In this document: piece by piece, positions 49,434 to 63,317 of the stretch
Position numbering within the stretch: the stretch's first letter is position 1
Layout of the letters: every line of letters begins with the position of its first letter
Position numbers and translations under genes: made by a program
Source: Eledone cirrhosa
Lineage: Eukaryota
DNA length: 64,000 nucleotides
NCBI GenBank assembly: GCA_964016885.1
Contig: OZ024742.1
Location: 217,372,001 to 217,436,000 of the forward strand
Reading direction: 5' to 3'
Notes under the pieces: model-generated
Told to the model about the DNA's origin: nothing
Database searches by the model: none
Seen by the model: the letters and a program-made list of their open reading frames with translations, nothing else

Positions 49434-51511
49434 TATTCATAACACATCAGTGTCTGACATGCTATTGCCAGAAAAAAGCTTCCTAGTCAGTCACACTACA
49501 TTTCACTTCAATGTGTGGCGAGAGGGGAGTACATGTAAGTGTGTATTGACGTTTGTGTATGTTTAATATATATATCCTGTACTACTAGCAATTCTACATT
49601 TTACCTTTTTTTTTTCACATTTAAAACATACAATTATTTTTGTGGGTAATTTTTTTTTATTAGAATTTGCTATTATTTATCAACAGAAACTTGACATTTA
49701 TTAGGAATGTGGTATATGACAAGATAGTTTAACTCTTCTTACATTTAATAGCAATAATTAAATATAAAAAGCTAACTGGAAATATGGATTCATTGCCATA
49801 GTGAAAATCTCTGCAAGTATATCATAGGATTGTCAGGCTAACAACAATAGAGTTAGTAGAATTGGTTGAGTAAGGTACCCTCTTCAGGAAGTTTCATGTT
49901 AAGTCATGTTCCATAATCATTTTAGCTATAAAAGTATTTATAGTTTATAAATATTTAACTTCTTCTTTGCCCAATTATTGCTCGGAGAGTCATGGGGACA
50001 GATTCATTAGACACACCTTTCAGAGGATCGTATCAGAAGCAGCCATCCCCAAATGTTATGGCTGGATCCCTAAGTAAGACCAATTAAACTCGTGGATCTT
50101 GCTCGTGGTCTACTTATGGATCTTCTGGCAGTTGGCATAAAATCTGTCCACTGATTTTTTCCTCCTCGACATTCTAACCACATTTCCGTAGTACTAATTT
50201 ACTAATTATTTGAAACTTTTACTGAACTTATATATTATATATTTTCATATTAGTCCATAGCATGAAGAAAGGGGCTGTGTCCATTGTTGGGTAAAGTTAA
50301 TTTTTTAATTGCTTGTTGGTTGTTTTGTTTATATTTGTTAGAGACTATGTAAGTCAGAATAAAGTCCCATAAAAATATATAAACATTGTTTTAATGCATG
50401 ATTTTCAAAATAAGCAAAGGAAAAGAACCAGTTGTCAGATCAGACCAAATTAACTATGTTGCCATTAGTCTTTTCATTGCTGATACTATCTGCCAGTTGC
50501 AACTCCTGACAAAAGTGACAACAATTTTCCTGTGACAGGAGGCAGGATTTGGAACAGATACTTCAAAGCATCCTGTCCAACTTTAACTATTTTGCCAATC
50601 TTCAGTCGGGGTTTGGTCCTATATTTATCAATCCTGAAAAAATGTAGGGCAAAGTAGACTTCAGCAGGATTTGCACTCAGAACACAGAGAGCCAGCACAA
50701 TTACTAAAGCATTTTATTCCACCAATTCACTGCTTCAAAATAAAAAATCAGAAATGAATACACTGAAGCTTTTTAAATGCATTTCTGCTTTCAATTTAAA
50801 TCCTACATGCATGTACGAGCAAGTCAAGGAGCACCTGGAGCGAGACATGTTCACCTAACCTGTCTAACCTCACAACGTAACAAACCGTCTAACCCATGCA
50901 AGCATGCAATATACTCTCAGGTCTTGAATAATCATTTTTCTCCACCACCCACTTGCTTATTAAATGTTGCTAATCTATCTTCAGCAAAATTTTAGTGTAA
51001 GTAATTCATAGGGATACAGCACCTGGAGAATCTAATAATTTTATTTTGCATTAAAAAAAATACATTATATATCACAAAAAAAGAACATTACAAGAGAACC
51101 CATATTTACGAACATACACCGATTTCATACCCACCACTTATAAGAATTTAAGCAAATGTACGCATGCACACCCTCTTATTCCAACCCCCCAACCCCCTAT
51201 TATTTGGGACCCAAGAGTAGGTGTTAAATGGTGATGAAGATGTACTGACTAAATCATCCTTTGAAAAGTTCAGTGGCTGTGATTTTTCTCCTAACAGTTA
51301 TTTACTACTACATACGAGTATTTGGTTTGATTTAAAGAGATTTGGGCATATCTCATAAAATTGTCTTTGTCTTGGCTTGTCCCATAGAAAGTAAGTTTTC
51401 TTTGTGTTGTCCCATTATATTGTTGGCTGTTTTGAAAGGAGTGACAAAAATTAATTTACTTAATATATTTCCTGCATATATTCTTAGTTATAGGAATATA
51501 TGCAGGAAATC

Positions 51512-52730
51512 ATATAGTTATGACCCTTTACATTCTGATTTCAAATCCTGCTGAGGTTAGCCTTTCATCCTTATGGTATCAATAGAATAAAATACCAGTA
51601 ACAAATTGGGTTGATTTAATCAATTTTTCCCTTCCCCAAAACATTGTTGGCCTTGTGGCTAAATCAGAAACCACTATTATTATTAGTAGTAGTAGTAATG
51701 TGGTGATTTGGCAATATCATTAGTGCATCAGACAAAATGCTTTGCAGCATTTGTTCTGGCTCTACATTCTGATTGAATCAAGTTATCTTTTTCACCAAAA
51801 TTGCTGGCCTTGGGCCTAAATTAGAAACCATTATTATTAATAGTAGTATTTGTAGTACTATTACTAACAGTGGTGCATTAGCAGAATTGTTAGCATGGGA
51901 CAAAATGTTTTGCAATATTTTTGTCTTTTTATGTTCTGAGTTCGAATTGTGGATAAGTTAGTTTTGCCTTTCATACTTACGGGGTCGTTAAAATAAAGTA
52001 CCATAACACAATGGGGTTGAGTTAAACGACTTTCTCCTCCTTCTAAATTTTTGATCTTGAGCCTAAACCAGAAATGATTATTATTAAGGGCAGTGGATTG
52101 GCAGTTTCGGTAGAGCATCGGACAACATGCTTTGGAAGTGAAGTAGAAAAATCTAGTGTATTTGCAGTAATTAGTTATGTCCCTTTATATTGAGTTCAGA
52201 TTATGCTAACATTGATTTAAGTTTTCATTCTTCAGGGTGTGGGGAGATCAAATATGTACCAGTTTAGTTCTGGCATCGCTATAATTGACTATTCCTTCTC
52301 TACATATTTCAGTTACAATGGTGGATTGGCATAATCATTTGTGTTGGACAAGGTGCCTTGTGGTATTTGTTCTGGTTCTCTGTTCTCAGTTCAAATCCTG
52401 CTGAAGTCAACTTCACTTTTTATCCTTCTGGCTGGGATCAATAAAGTGCTAACCAAATACTGAGGTCAATTTAATTGATTAACATTTTTGCAAATTTGTG
52501 ATCTTGTGCCTATCTTTGAAACAATAATTATTATTGTTGTTTGACAAAAGAAAATCATAGCAAATTAAACATCTAGTAGTATTTAGTCACATCTCTTTAC
52601 CTCCTGAGTTCACATCCTGCCATGGTCATCTTTGCTTTTTACATCTCTGAGGTTGATAGGATTTTTACCTGAAATTGGGCTGATTTATACTCCTCTTTTT
52701 CCCTTAATAATTCATAATCTTGTGCTACAG
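51512..52730 (+). mobile_element. Head-to-tail cluster of about 6-7 degenerate SINE family 1-related copies
   Basis: Repeated tggattggcag heads, gagttcaaat B boxes and tails ending in (ATT)n. Confidence 0.75.
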
Positions 52731-52749
52731 GTAACATATCATTAATATA

Positions 52750-54345
52750 TTAGGTAATAAATCTGGCTTTGGTGGGGCAATGATCCATTTGAATCAATCC
52801 AAAGCCTTTCATAGGGTCAGCCATCTGTATTTAGTTGTAGTTCACAATGCAGCCAGTTTCGGTCAAATTTTCAGGGGTTGGATTAATTCAGTGTGCTGCA
52901 ACATGGAACTATTTCAAATCACATGGTCAGTCTATCAATGGTGTCCTCTCTCGTTGCTCCTGAATGTTTTGAGACTTGAGCCATTACTGTGGAAGGTAGG
53001 TGTTAAGGAACATCTATGTTGACGCATGTATACAATGGCACTGCTATGATGTCAGACATTACAGAAACCAAAGTGATCAGCACTGTACTAACAATACTAA
53101 GTCATAATAGGGGGGTACGTTTATCAAGACAAGTTGGTTGGCTTGTAGTTTTGTGGCAGGATAGGTAATCCAGTGTCATGGGTTGCTAGATCAAAGGTTC
53201 TGTTATGATTTTTGAAGTCTGAGTTGACCCAGTCTTCCAGGTGGATAGATATTCTTTTGAAATTACAAGTAGAGTGCCCAATCTCACTCAGAAATGAGCT
53301 AAAGGGTCAGGAAGAGGTGATGAAAGCATACTTCTCTCCTGTAATATTACCATTCGACTGTCATGCCTTGTCCTAGTTTTCTTCTGACCAGACTAAAGTA
53401 TCCTTTCATTTCTTGTAGAAATTACCCATTCCAGTTTCAAACATCCTCTATAGAGAGGGCTCTGTATACTATGGCTGATGATACACAGACATGTGCTGTG
53501 ACTGTGCCATCTGCAGAGATTACTGAATGCTGATGTGTCACTGTTTGTGAGACATCTTTTCCTGTAGTTATCTCTTTGTCAGACATACAAGTAAAGACCA
53601 AGAATGGTCATCCAGTATCTTGAAAGATATTAAAACCCTTGTATTATATAGTGGGGGGGGGAAGGGGCACAAGAGTGAGAAGGTTCTCAGGGAGATACCG
53701 AGTGTCAATGCAAATTAACTGAACAAGGAGTATTGATAACTGGCCTGGCAGTGTGACAAGGTATATGTATTATTGCAGATTCAGGATAAAATCTAGAGAT
53801 ATTGTAGTGCCATAAGCTAGTCATGCCTGTGATGTGCTCAGAACAATGCAACTGTTCTGTATGCACTCTTTCAATGTTCAAGCATTTTGAATAGCTGTTA
53901 TCAAATGCTGGATGGATTCAAATATCAACTGAGTCCATAAGAATTGCTTCACCACCTTCCTTAAGCCAGGAAGCACAAGCAGTCTTCCTCTCTGGTTGAC
54001 GAGACTGAAAGAACATGAAAACATCAACTTCAATTTCTGTTTGGGAGAGAGGAAATTTGCTGCCCTCCAATGCACTTACTGAGAGGTGAGTCAGAGTCGC
54101 AGAAATAGCTGATGTGAAAGGGCTACTCTCATCTAGTGCCTGTAAAAAGACTATAACTGAGAGATATCATTTGGCTTTGATAGAGTAATCCTAATTTTGT
54201 GATTGACTACATAGCAGACCTTCCCTCTCAGGACTCTATCACATCTGTATACTGTGTATACCACCACTTTTCATTCATCAAATTTGTGGAAATTTCCACA
54301 TTTTCTGTAACCTGTCCTGTATATTCCTCCAATAAATAATTATTA
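52750..54345 (+). mobile_element. Heavily decayed L1/Tx1-like LINE (RT to 3' end)
   Basis: LNQSKAFHRVSH..YL and SVYQWCPLSLLL..LEPLL are decayed RT motifs. 3' end cctgtcctgtat..aataaa resembles 8925-8980. Confidence 0.7.
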
Positions 54346-55299
54346 ATATTGATTTTTAACATAGTTACAATACCTCAAAATTAGAGGATTGTTATAATCA
54401 GTTAGATCAACTCCAGTAGTTAACTGCTATCTTATTTTATTGACCTACCCAGAAGGACGAAAGGCAAAGTTAACTTTTCCGTTACCATATTTCTAATAAA
54501 TTACACTGCCTATTATTTTCAAATAATTTTGAAAATAATCAAGAATTTGAAGGTATTTAGTAAGGTAATTAACTTTTTCATAATTAAGAGGGTGTTTGGA
54601 ACATAACTTAACAATATGGAATTATGATGGAAGGTTTTTTTAAATAAAAATGAGCTACTTTGTATCACAAAACCAGGAACAATCCAGGCGACTTGGTATC
54701 CTAAGGGTTAACTTTGATGGGATTAACTCTTAATATCCTGTACCACATGAAACCACAAGACATTCTTTAAATGTGCAAAACTGTATCATATTAAAATTTA
54801 AAATCGTTATCTAATGCAAATTTTTTACAAAATGTCAACTAGTAAAGATGCTACAAACATTTGAATTTACAAACCCATTTAAAAATATTTTCTGCTAAAT
54901 TATTTGAGGATGTTAAAAGCTAATGACAAATAGTAGGAGTAATTGTATACATAACCAACAGAAGCAAAACAGAGTAGAGGATAAGATATTGAACTACTTG
55001 GTTTAGTTATTGCAAGTTCGTATATCCGCCTAACATTTCTGTACCTCATGCTATATCTCAGTTCATTTTGCTGCAAGAAATCGACATCAGATTGTTTGTA
55101 ATTGTTATCTGCAGTAGTCTGTTACCCTATTCTGCCTCATGCTGTGCATAAGCAACTTTTTCTGTTGCATTGCATGGAATTGTCATTTGTAAGACATGTC
55201 TTCATAAAACCTGAAATTTGCCATTCTCTCTGTATCTATTTCTGTCTCACCCACTTCCTCTCTTTTCATTCTTCCACCCTTTCTTTCTTTCTCTCTCTC

Positions 55300-57035
55300 A
55301 GGGTCGGACGCCATGCTTTGACGCATAGAGTTACGGCCCTTGCCATTCTGAGTTCAAATCCCGCTGAGGTTAACTTTGCCTTTCAACCTTACGGGGTCGA
55401 TAAAATAAAGTACCAGTAATACACTGGGTAATTGCTGGCCTTGTGCCTAACGTAGAAACAATTATTTAACTGCTACTCTTAGTATGTTTCTACAATATAC
55501 TCAACTGTTCTCTCTTTTCCAGAAAACACTTTGTCATCTAGTACCAAAGTTTGAAGTAGCCTTATTTAACGTTTGTTATAAAATACTTAAGAAGTAGAGA
55601 TCAAGTTTTATCAATGACAACAAATTAGTAGAGTTGTTAGAACATCAGACAAAATACTTTGCCACATTTATTCCTGCTCTTTACACTCTGTGTTCAAATC
55701 CTGCCAACAAACTGCTGGCCTTGTGCCAATATTAGAAAGAAAGAATTTTTATGTCTCTTTACTTTTTGAGCTTTAATCCCACCAAGTTCAATTTTACTTT
55801 TCATCCTTCTAGTATCAGTCAAGTACTGTGGTCAATATAATCAATTTTCTCCTCCCACTAAAATTGCTGACCTTGTGCTTAAATTAGAAACCATTATATA
55901 TTATTAAAAGGGTGGTGGATTGGCAGTATCGGTAGAGCATTGGATAACATGGTTTGCGACATAGAGTTACAGCCCTCACCAAAGTTAGCTCTGCCTTTCA
56001 TCTTTATGGGATCGATAAAATAAAGTACCAGTAACTCACTGCAGCCAATTTAATCGACTTACCCTTCCCCTAAAATTGTTGGCCTTGTGCCTAAATCAGA
56101 AACTATTATTATTACTATTTTTATTCAGGATGATGAGTGATAGAAATAGTAGCTCAATGGACAGACAGTGGAATGGCATAATCAGTAGAAAACATGCCTG
56201 GCAGTATTTGTTCTTGCTCTAGCAAATCCTGCTGAGATCAATTTTACTTTTCATCCTTCCAGGGTTGTTAAAATAAAATACCAATTCAAAGCTGGTATTA
56301 ATATAATCAACTGTCTCCTCACAAATTGCAGGCCTTATGCCTAGATTAGAAATCATTATTATCATCATTATCAAGGGTGGTGGATTGGTAATATTGGTAG
56401 TGTTGGACACCCTTTTTCATGGCATAGAGTTACAGCCTTTTACATTCTGAGTTCAAATCCTGCTATGGTTAGCTTTGCCTTTCATCCTTACAGGGTTGAT
56501 AAAATAAAATACCAGTTATGCACTGGGATCGATTTAATCAACTTTCCCCTCCCCAAAATTGCTGGCCTTGTGCCTAAATCAGAAACCATTATCATCATCA
56601 TTATCGCTCTGGATTGGCAAAATATCAGATAAGATGCTTTGCAATTTTTTCTGGCTCTTCACGTTTTGGGTTCAAATCAGGGCATGATCAATTTTGCCTT
56701 TCATTCTTCCAGAGCCCACAAAATATATTACCAATAAAAACAATTCTGTTGTTAGCACAAGGTCAACAATTTGGGGGAAGGAGGAAAGTTGATTAAATCG
56801 ACCCTAGTGCATTACTGGTACTTTATTTTATCGACCCTGTAAGGATGAAAGGCAAAGCTAACCTCAGCAGGATTTGAACTCAGAATGTAAAGGGCCGTAA
56901 CTATATGCTGCAAAGCATAATGTCCAACTCTAATGATACTGTCAATCCAATAATAATTTCTAACATAGGTACAAGGCCAAATATTATTCACTCCTAAACT
57001 TCTGGCTTTGTGTCTATGGTAGAAACAGCAATATA
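55300..57035 (+). mobile_element. Dense cluster of about 8-9 SINE family 1 copies (mostly +, one - at about 56745-56950)
   Basis: Repeated cores and (ATT)n/(ATC)n tails. Confidence 0.8.
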
Positions 57036-57618
57036 TTTATTATTGCATGATAATCTAATATCAGCATTACTTTCATTTAATTTTCTTGCTTTGATTTGTG
57101 TTGCTTTTTGTTGTTTGTTTGTTGTTATTTTTGCTTTAAAATTTTTCCATGTGTGTTGATGGATTAAAATTCCATATTACATATAAAGAGCTGATCAGAA
57201 AATATAAAATAAAATAAGGAAGCAAATAGCAATAATGATGATGATGATGATAAGTAAATGTGAATGTTGTTGGCACAGACATGACTATGTGGTTCAAAAG
57301 TTTCTTTGCAACTTCATGGTTCTAGGTTCACTTCTCATCTTGGGCAATTGTCATCTGCCATAGCCTCAGAACAACTAAAGACCTGTAAGAAAAATTTGGT
57401 TTATCTCAACTGTAGAAGCCTGTAAATGTGTGTGTGTATATGTATACATTGGTGTCAAATGGATGACTAAATCTGTGTCAAATGAAAATACATCTCAGTT
57501 AGGTCTGTTTATACATGGTCATTTTCACCTTTCATTCTCCTGGAGTTCATCAGATCAACTAAAGCCCTGTAAGTAAAATTTGGTTTACATGAACTGTGGA
57601 AGCCTGTAAAATGTGTGT

Positions 57619-57882
57619 CATCATCATCATCATCATTTCATTTTACGTCCGCTTTTTTCCTGCTTGCAAGGGTGGGGCGGAAACTGATTCTGGCTTGATT
57701 TCTACAGCTGGATGCCCTTCCTAACACCAACCACAATGAGTGCTGGGTGATTTTCTTTTCGTGGCACCTCCACGACCACTTTGCAGTGGAATGATAGGGA
57801 CTCTAGTCCCTATCATCTCATTTCTACAGCTGAGTAAACTAGAGCAATGTGAAATAAAGTGTCTTGCTCAAGGAAACAACAC
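57619..57882 (-). mobile_element. 5'-truncated SINE family 2 inside a local tandem duplication
   Basis: Near-identical to the reverse complement of 61350-61607. Confidence 0.85.
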
Positions 57883-58914
57883 ATGGATGACTAAATCAGT
57901 GTGTCAAATGAAAATACATCTCAGTTAGGTCTGTTTATACATGGTCATCTTCACCTTTCATTCTCCTGGAGTTCATAAAATAAGTACTGTGATACCTTGC
58001 AGTATAAGTTTAATTCGTTCCATGACAGGTCATTTTACAAATCAATTTTCATTATCATCATCATCCCCCCTATTAAAATATAAATAATCTGTTCCAGCCC
58101 CCCAAAACCACCCCAACATTTTTTATGGGTTTTAAAACAGAAAAGAGCAGTTACATGAAAAATGGCACAATTATAAAAACATAATATAAGAGAATGTTTT
58201 ATTAATTGTATGAAACTCACTTTTACAGTGGATTCCACTTGTACCTACAAGAGAAAAATTTGCATCAGCCTTGGCTCGTACAGCAAATTACTCGTACAAT
58301 GGAGCATTCGTACTGAGAGGTTCTACTGTACCAGGTAAAGTACTAGGGTCAATATAACCTTTTAAAGGTTGTTCCCCCTGTATGGCAGCAATCTAATAAG
58401 TGAAAGCAGTAATAATGTGTGGGTATACATATAAACTAAATAAGCTTGTTTTATGGGGGGGGGGGGTTATTAATAAATGCATTAACTATTCAAAATTATA
58501 TTTGTTATTGATAGTGACTTTGAAGTTTCACCAAAATTACTGATCGCTCACAACTTTATTGAGAAGTCAATTGTCTCAGTGAAACTTAGAAATAAACAGT
58601 TACTATTGTTATATATATACAATTAGAGCACAGGAAATAGGAAATCCATCTCGGATTTGTAAGAACTAAACTCATAGTGTGAACTTTGAGAAGTAAAAAC
58701 AACTGTCTGAACCCCAATAGTCCTGAACATGGTGAGCAGGATGAAATAAACAAAGGAGCACTCAAATATAGGGACAAATGATCACACCCTAAATACCTTA
58801 TCCTGAAGGATGACACCACACCAATGAGTATCAGCATACGCTACAAAAATGGCAATTCTAGAAGTGAAGCAAACCCCATGAATACAGTGACGTCTGATAA
58901 CATCACATAAACCT

Positions 58915-59680
58915 GCCAACAATAGGACTAGACACAAAAAAATAATGTGGTATAATTCACCATATTCAGCAGAAATTCAGTCCAGCCTAGCTAAGCTTTT
59001 CTTTAAAGTGTTAGACAGATGTTTCTCTAAGACACATATATATTACAGTATATTTATTAGACATGCAATTAAGCTCTCATATTCCCCTACCTGCAACTTA
59101 GACCAACACATAGCTAGCATTAATCACGATAGATTGAGGAACTATGGACACAAACAAAACGATGTTAACATGGATGAGACTATACCCAATAGAGATGGAC
59201 ACAGAGACAATGCTTTGACAAGAAAACTGAAGCACTGGGTGGAACATGAACATGAGTCAAGGGCCTAGTAATACAGCCCCAATAGAGGCCAACCCCCCAC
59301 AGTTGCTAAAGTATGGAGTAGGAACTCTAATGAATGCCTGCATAAAAATATGGTATACTTATGTAAAGTTACTACCCAGAGCTCAACATTTACTTATGTC
59401 AGAGCAACAGCAACCACATTTAAGTACTGTTAGTATAACCACTACCACACCTTCAACAGAGAAGGGAAACAAAAGCATGGCCCTTTCTGAGCTGATCTGG
59501 GAGTTCAAATTAGATAAAACAATATTCACTGGAATCATCCAAGGTCCATGAGGTGCTTTCCAACCATAGCGGGTCTAGTGAAACCCTCGAAATTCTTAAA
59601 CATGGACCACAGCTGATTAACTGAAGGGAGGACTCCTTCAGTGTTTGTCTACATCTAACATCAGGAACCTTCCTCAAGCG
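58915..59680 (+). mobile_element. Degenerate Penelope-like element (post-RT region plus GIY-YIG endonuclease)
   Basis: IMWYNSPYS..LFFKVLDRCF..IFIRHAIKLSYS, then ECLHKNMVYLCKV..TYVRAT..TFK..YNH..F and ALSELIWE. These match the WFNPPYS and VY..YIG..HxxxF patterns of PLEs. Stops and frameshifts present. Confidence 0.82.
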
Positions 59681-61277
59681 ATATGGAAGGTAAATTTATA
59701 TAGCAGCAGTAACAGATAACCCTCCCCCTTCCCTGAATGTTATAGACAAGAAATATCCATATATATCTTACAACCTCACAGAAGCCATAGTACACAATAA
59801 ACAAAACCATGCTGAGTTATCCTACACACATTAACCACACAGACAGAAAGGAAAGTATACCATATCATGATAGACTTAAATATACACATCCTAAGCTACA
59901 CTAGGAATTTGATAACTATCATATATATATTGCTAATAATAACACCCAGTTAACAAACGTTACTATATTCACTCTACTAACAATAGGGCAACAACTGGCA
60001 ATGTTCATAAAATTATGTTAATCAGACCTACTCATACATAATACTTTCTCAATGCTCATTCATACTTTTAATCGTAGAGTATCAGTATATCCACACTGTG
60101 TAGATTGAGAATCCTAATGTATACATATTTTTATTTGATGACCCTCTCACCTCTATAAGTTCAAAGCAAACATAGAACCTAAAAATACTATGTATCTACT
60201 TCCTTTATTCTTTGTTATTTACGTCTATGTCCACACATGCATATATTATCTACATTTTCATCTTTAGTTATATTCTTACTTATTTTTACTTTTGTTTTTA
60301 ATTGTTATGAGTGGATTTAAAATAGAGTACATGAACAACTACTAATTAAAATATAACATTGGCAAAAACATGATTTTGTGCTAAGAGGAAGTTTGATAAC
60401 AATGCTACATCACACAGCTGTGATTGCATGGTAAAGAAATTACATTATCACTTATTCTTGCCAAACACACAGTGTGAACCAATCTATTTAATAGAAATCA
60501 TGTTCTCTGATATGTTGTCCGCCTCTTGGTCCTGGCTGAGAGGAAGAAGACAAAAAATTAGTAAGAACTACTTGGTGTAAATCCTGACCAGGATCTCCAC
60601 CGTCCATCTCTAATACCTATTGCTAGGCCACTACAACAATCACTACTACAACTGCTGCTACTACCACTACTACGTAACCCTTCCAATAGGACATTTTCTA
60701 ACATATGAAACAAAAATGTTAACATTTTGTACTAGCAGACAGGTAATTCTGTTGTTGTTGTTCCTGGTTTTCTGGTCAGACCATCCTACACAAATAGCAG
60801 GAGTTTTGACATGCACTTTGGTGTTGTCAAATCAACCAAACATGAACAAAAACAACCCCCCTACTCTGAAAGTATATCTTTACAACTACAGATACCTAAA
60901 ATTCTGACTGTTCAACATCATACTCCTATATGTGCCATCTCTAAAACATCTACTTTATAGGGTCAAATTAACTTTTAACCAAAAATGGAATGATCAAGAA
61001 GATGAGAAAAAATAAACAAATAGGATTGAATGAATACACTCCACCAAATGATGCTAGCTTGAGAGTCTTATACTAAATCCTTATGTCAGCTGGTAATTGG
61101 AGGAGCAACATATCACACATTGAACAAAAGATTACACAATAGCTGTCTTAGGAGGTATCTATTACATAATAGATACCACTGAAATATATATAACAGTAAC
61201 AAAATAATCAATAAAATGATATAAGATTTGAGCACACTGACTTCTTCATTATTATAATTATTATATATATATATATA

Positions 61278-61610
61278 TGGAGGCACATGGCTTAGAGCAT
61301 TGGCCTTGCAATCGAAAGGTTGTGAGTTCAATTCTCAGACCGGGTGATGTGTTGTTTCCTTGAGCAAGACACTTTATTTCACATTGTTCCAGTTTACTCA
61401 GCTGTAGAAATGATATGATAGGGACTGGGGTCCCTATCATTTCACTGTAAAGTGGTCGTGTAGGTGCCATGGAAAAAAAGCACCCAGCACTCACTGTAAA
61501 TGAGGTTGGTGTTAGGAAGGGCATCCAGCTGTAGAAATCAAGCCAGAATCAGTTCCCATTCCACCCTTGCAAGCAGAGAAAAAGCGGACGTAAAATGAAA
61601 TGATGATAAT
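61278..61610 (+). mobile_element. Full-length SINE family 2 (tRNA head, core, hairpin, RTE tail)
   Basis: ggaggcacatggc head, gagttcaatt B box, ccttgagcaagacac core and cccttgcaagcag..gcggacgtaaaatga tail. Confidence 0.88.
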
Positions 61611-61611
61611 A

Positions 61612-62822
61612 TCTATTAGGGAGTTCCATTTTGAAAACCAGTTCCAGAATGTGATGGCAGCAAGCCAACCACCAGATGAATTTTTTCAGAGCTGCTTCAA
61701 TGTTTGTATTGGCTCCTTGGTGCCTGCTGGTGTTACTGCCAGTGAAGGACATACTAATGACTCTATCCTCAATTTCGAGTAGTTGAATTTCATTTCTTTC
61801 AAAACAACTTCAGTGACTTGTCACCCGATTGCATCTCTTGTAAAAGGAATACATATGAGCTGCTCCTGTCCTTTTCCTGTAACTAAAACTGGAATCTGAT
61901 CTTCAGGTGTGCTAGATTGGAAAGCCAATAGTAATGATTCTTCATCCCAGTGGAGGACTAGCCAGGATTTGCTTTCAGATGGAAAAGGGGATAACTCAAT
62001 TTCTTGAGCCATCATCTCACAGTGACTGGTTCTTGCTCGATAAACAGTTGAGTGAGAAATCAAAAGTTTAGTCACATCATGACCAAGACCCTCCACAATT
62101 GTAATGTAAGAAGTACTTGCTTGTTATACCAATAGTTTCTCCTGTTCCCACGTGGCAACATGAGTGGTGTCATGAGTCAGCTTATTTCCAGTGATTTTCG
62201 GAGCAGTGCTGACTTGAAGATTTCGTCATCATCATCACTAGTAGCTGAGCTGGATGACGAACTTTCAAGAGCTACTTTCTAGGAAATCTTGACTTTTTCA
62301 TCCTGCTTTCTCTTTCTTAATTTTCTTATTTTTATATTGGGAATCTTCTTTTCCTTCTTCTGAATGGCTTTCACATGTTCAGCATCAACACCAGCCATGA
62401 ATGAAGACATCCGATCTTCCCACTGTGTCTCAAGGAAAGCTTTGTCTTCAGATGGGACATCCTTTCATTGGAGAATGTCCTGGCTAGCAATGTGAAAATT
62501 TCCTTGAGATCACCTTTCCAAATCTCATGTTTTGTAATTACTTTGACAGTCATCCTTGAGTTTTCTTTTTTCAGTCCTTGATACTCCATGTACAATTTCT
62601 CGATTGAAGCATGGATGTTTTTTTTCCCATTTTGGTAGGAATATTTGCTTTTCTCCACACTTTCTGGATCTTCTGGCTTGTGTTTTTTACAATAGCTGAA
62701 ATTATCTCCCCGAGTTCGACGTGATGGTAGAGAAAACACAGGAGCACTTGTTGTTTCATTTGATGTTTGGAGGGGTGTCGAGTCTGAAGTAACTTCTCTT
62801 CAGCCATTCTCTCAAGCTGCCA
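61612..62822 (-). pseudogene. Fossil DDE transposase, hAT-superfamily-like (subgroup tentative)
   Basis: QVLLCFLYHH..VWRKANIPT, IEKLYMEYQGLKK, LVLHWD..DQIPVLVTG..EQLI, SMSFTGSNT..GA..LACCHHILEL (CxxH motif) across frameshifts and stops. Confidence 0.75.
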
Positions 62823-63109
62823 AATGTATATATATATATATGCACACATATATATGTATGTATACATACATATGTACATAAATCAATAACCCTGCTTTAA
62901 TACTGACTTTGTCTATATAGACCTGTCCAACCCTTGCTAGCAGGGAAAGCAGACGTTAAAGGAACTACCTAATCCCTCAATCATGTCCCATTATAGTATA
63001 ATTGAAACGAAAATCAAGTTTCTTGTTCTTTTATTCTCCGTATTTCTCCAGTGTTTTACTGTTATGTTATCTATCATTTTCCCAGTTTCCCATGAGCACT
63101 TTTCATTAA

Positions 63110-63317
63110 CTCTTTAGCATTTAAACCGGCTGTATCCGGCCAGAATTCTCTCACCTCTTTCTGTTAAAACCAGCCATAAATGGCTGCTCATACTGATTTT
63201 AATGTATAGTTCTCAAAATAAATAATATCAAAATCTCATAGATTCGATATTATGTGAGGTAAAGTGTTTACCGTGAAAATGTAATAGTAAATATATAGTA
63301 ATGGAAATGCTGATAGG
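63110..63317 (+). mobile_element. TTAA MITE family A
   Basis: TTAA flanks, TIRs and family body. Confidence 0.88.

Noticed and set aside
58520-58710. Hammerhead ribozyme upstream of the Penelope-like element
   Set aside because: GAAAC after a stem (58581) and gaactttgagaagta look like remnants, but no CTGANGA sits directly before stem II, so an intact core cannot be built.
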